DNA of 63,944 bases, filler included, from Polymyxa betae A26-41 (Eukaryota > Protista > Endomyxa: Phytomyxea): assembly GCA_003693705.1 (NCBI GenBank). It is 9 parts of 9 records of this genome, joined end to end, with 100 filler letters (N's around TTAATTAATTAA, not from the genome) between each part and the next. Parts side by side here need not be neighbours in the genome. Positions count along the whole stretch, not along the records: positions 61,162 to 63,944 come from RBZT01000946.1; 8 more parts are not named here. One strand, written 5' to 3'. The notes under the pieces were generated by a model. The model searched no databases. It saw only the letters and a list, made by a program, of their open reading frames with translations, and was not told the DNA's origin. Shown here piece after piece: positions 61,495-63,944 of the stretch (position 1 is its first letter; each line of letters starts with the position of its first letter). The position numbers and the translations under genes were made by a program.

Positions 61495-63265
61495 CGGCAA
61501 GCTCCTCTACTATCCGAAGACTCGCAGGTGGTTGATGTCGGGGATCGTCCCTGTCCACAGCTCGAACGGGGACCGACCGTCATTAGCTTTCGTCGGGAGG
61601 CTGTTCGTGATGTGCACAGACGCGGCCATGGCATACTGCCAGTATTCTTTAGGCAGGCTCGCCGTCCGCAGCATGGCTCTTGTGGATTCGACCAGCGTTC
61701 TGTTTTTCCTCTCGGCGACACCATTCTACTGGGGACAATCTGGCGTGGATGTCAGTAACTCTATGCCGCTTTCTGAGAGCCTTGTCTTCGCTTCGTTGGA
61801 GGTAAACTCCCCTCCGTTATCAGCACGTATGTTTGCCACCTTGTTGCCAGTCTTCGCTTCGAAATAGCTGACTGCGTTCATCAGGTGTCGTAAAGCGTCC
61901 GACTTCTTGGCAAAAAATACGCGACGGTGAAACGGCTGTAGTCGTCTGTCACCAGCATGACGTCTCGAAGCCCTTGGATGCTTTCGACCTCCATCGGCCC
62001 ACATAGGTCAACGTGTAAGGTTCTGCCTGGCGCCTTCTCTCGGTGACGAGTTTCTTTAGGATACGGTTCATCGGTCTTTCTTGTCAAGGCGCAGATCTTG
62101 CAGGTGTTAGACTTGGCTTGGCGTGCTTCGGCTTCGTCAATCGACATTCCGGCGGCGCGTCGCTTGCTTGCAATTCCCTTGATGAGATCGAGGCTGTAGT
62201 GGCATAACCGTTGGTGCCACTTCTCTAAGGAGACGAATGCAGTGTCTTCGGTGCCCGACAGGACGTAAAGGCGCTCGCGGCGGATGCCTTTCGCGATCAG
62301 CATGTCGTCCTTCATCATCTTGCAGTCGCTCTTGGTGAACACGATTTCGTCGACGCGTCCGGTGTCGCAAAGCGCCCCCACAGAGAGCAGGTTTGCCTTG
62401 ATATCAGGTACGACCAGGATGTTGTCGGTGCTGAGGTTGCCGAATTGATGACTGCTGCAGGTTCCTGTGGAGCTCAGGCTAGCTCCATTTCCGATTACGA
62501 CTTCACGCCTTTCGTTGTTGTCGGCCGCTGCGCTGGGCGACATCGACGCGCTTGCTGCAGAATCGATTATCGACGATTTCTTGGCTTAAAATTCGTTCGC
62601 GAATGCACAGAGTGCTACATGTGCTTCGTGCTGCTTTTGGTTTGTCTTTTTACTCTTGTTTCTCTTCTTGGAATTATCCTTGCCCTTAGATTCCTTACAT
62701 TCTTGATCGCCGCGCCAATGTCCGGTCTCGCCACAGTCGAAACATTCGGAAGCGTCCTTATCGATCTTCTTCTTCCTGCCCTTTCGATCCTTGGATACGG
62801 CGGCGACCTCGGCGGGTCGAGACTCATTATGTCCTCGGCTCTGGTGGTAGCGAATCAGGGTGGTAACGACATTGCTAAGCTGCAGCATCTCGGGATGGCC
62901 AAATCTGATTGATCTTTGCAGGTCTTTCATTGACGTTGGGAGCCGCTCCAGAATGTAGAACGCCAGCTCATCGTCGTCATATGGCTTCCCTGCTGCTGCG
63001 AGGGCGTTTTGGGCTAGTTTCATGTCGTCGAGGAACTTTGGGATCTGGGCGGCCGATTCCAGGCGGATTGAGTGAAAGCGTTCTCGAAGGCTTATGATGT
63101 CTGTCGATATACGGCTCTCGTACAGTCCCCGAAGATGGCTCCAGGGCAGATTCTTGGATATCCAGTCAATACTTTTCCCTAGAGACGCCCGTTGTTGCTC
63201 AAATTGCTGAGCCACGACGTTGGCAGTTTCGGACAGTTCCCCTGACATTTGACGGGCTCTCGATT
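61495..63265 (-). pseudogene. Copia gag-protease-integrase fragment
   Basis: CFDCGETGHWRGDQEC, IIDSAAS, NLLSVG, WHQRLCH, LHVDLCGP, TDDYSRF, IRADNGGEF, PQ*NGVAER. Confidence 0.92.
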
Positions 63266-63944
63266 CTGTGTGGAGGACATATAGCAGATCTTTTAATGTA
63301 GAAAGTGCCTGCTTCAGGAGCGAACCCAGCTAAAGTCCTTAAAGATTGCCGAGGTAGACTGCTGAGATAGTAGTTTTCCATAGATTGGTTATTCCAACGA
63401 CCTAGTCTACGAATCTGGGCCTCGCTAGCTCCAGCGAGCTCAGCCATTCTCGCCCCTGATCCTTTCCCGACGTGGTCTTCGCTTTCGACTGGAGACCAAT
63501 AAACGAGAATGCGGTGTTAAACGCTTGCAAATGAGTTGTATAGGACATAGCTTTCGTTCGATCGCTTCCACACTTAAGCAATTTGATATCATACCAATCC
63601 CGACTCGATACAAATGCCGGAAATGGTTCACCTTCCACATGCCAACGCCAGAATAAGTAGAATCCGACTGCTCCCCAGGGACAGATATCGATTCTCTTGT
63701 TCCTCAGGCAGGCCGACACCTCGATTCTGCCGAAATGATTCGTTTTGCCATTTCTCATCACCATCACAAGCGCATGACAATCACTAATTCCTTCATTCTC
63801 CAGACGAATTGAGTGGAGATCCGGTAGTTCCATTCCTCTAGCGGACTCCCCTCTAAGAACTGCATAATGTGATAGAGCAAGCGCCACCCAATTCCTGAGA
63901 TTAGGGCCGAATTCGCGACAACGAGTCCAGAAAAAATTGGCAAT
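63266..63944 (-). mobile_element. CryptonF tyrosine-recombinase (NDC10 domain II-like) fragment, frameshifted
   Basis: VLRGES...NGKTNHFGR...LRNKRIDICPWGAVGFYLFWRW...WYDIKLL...MAELAGASEAQIRRLGRWNNQSMENYYLSSLPR...LAGF. Confidence 0.9.

Overview
This is eukaryotic, not prokaryotic, DNA. It is nine separate contigs (1-12724, 12825-21472, 21573-33132, 33233-44011, 44112-48871, 48972-53484, 53585-56140, 56241-61061, 61162-63944) joined by artificial 100-nt linkers (N44-TTAATTAATTAA-N44), so adjacency across linkers means nothing. Short GT-AG introns, TT(T)AGGG motifs, a Crinkler-type remnant and a CryptonF recombinase suggest a fungus-like protist or filamentous parasite (plasmodiophorid or oomycete-like; this is an inference). 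The window is transposon-rich accessory DNA: nested Ty1/Copia elements, a degenerate chromodomain Ty3/Gypsy element, a TRIM-like LTR element, solo LTRs, hAT, Harbinger and Tc1-type pieces, a LINE with RNase H, and a Crypton. Between them lie three tRNA genes (Phe-GAA, Glu-TTC, Thr-AGT), two tRNA pseudogenes, and genes or gene fragments for F-box, BTB, triple-Myb, USP+Ulp1 protease, SET, PQ-loop transporter, mucin/GPI, DUF6629-like and HNH-AP2 proteins. Three patterns stand out. (1) Copia LTRs sit 7-12 bp upstream of tRNA genes at three independent loci, with a possible fourth. (2) Copia families here have primer sites matching anticodon-arm halves of three different tRNAs (iMet, Lys-CUU, Gln-CUG). 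(3) Two unrelated TGTG...CACA LTR families carry a perfect 14-bp palindrome where a tRNA primer site would be. All domain calls come from motif recognition by eye; no database search was run.
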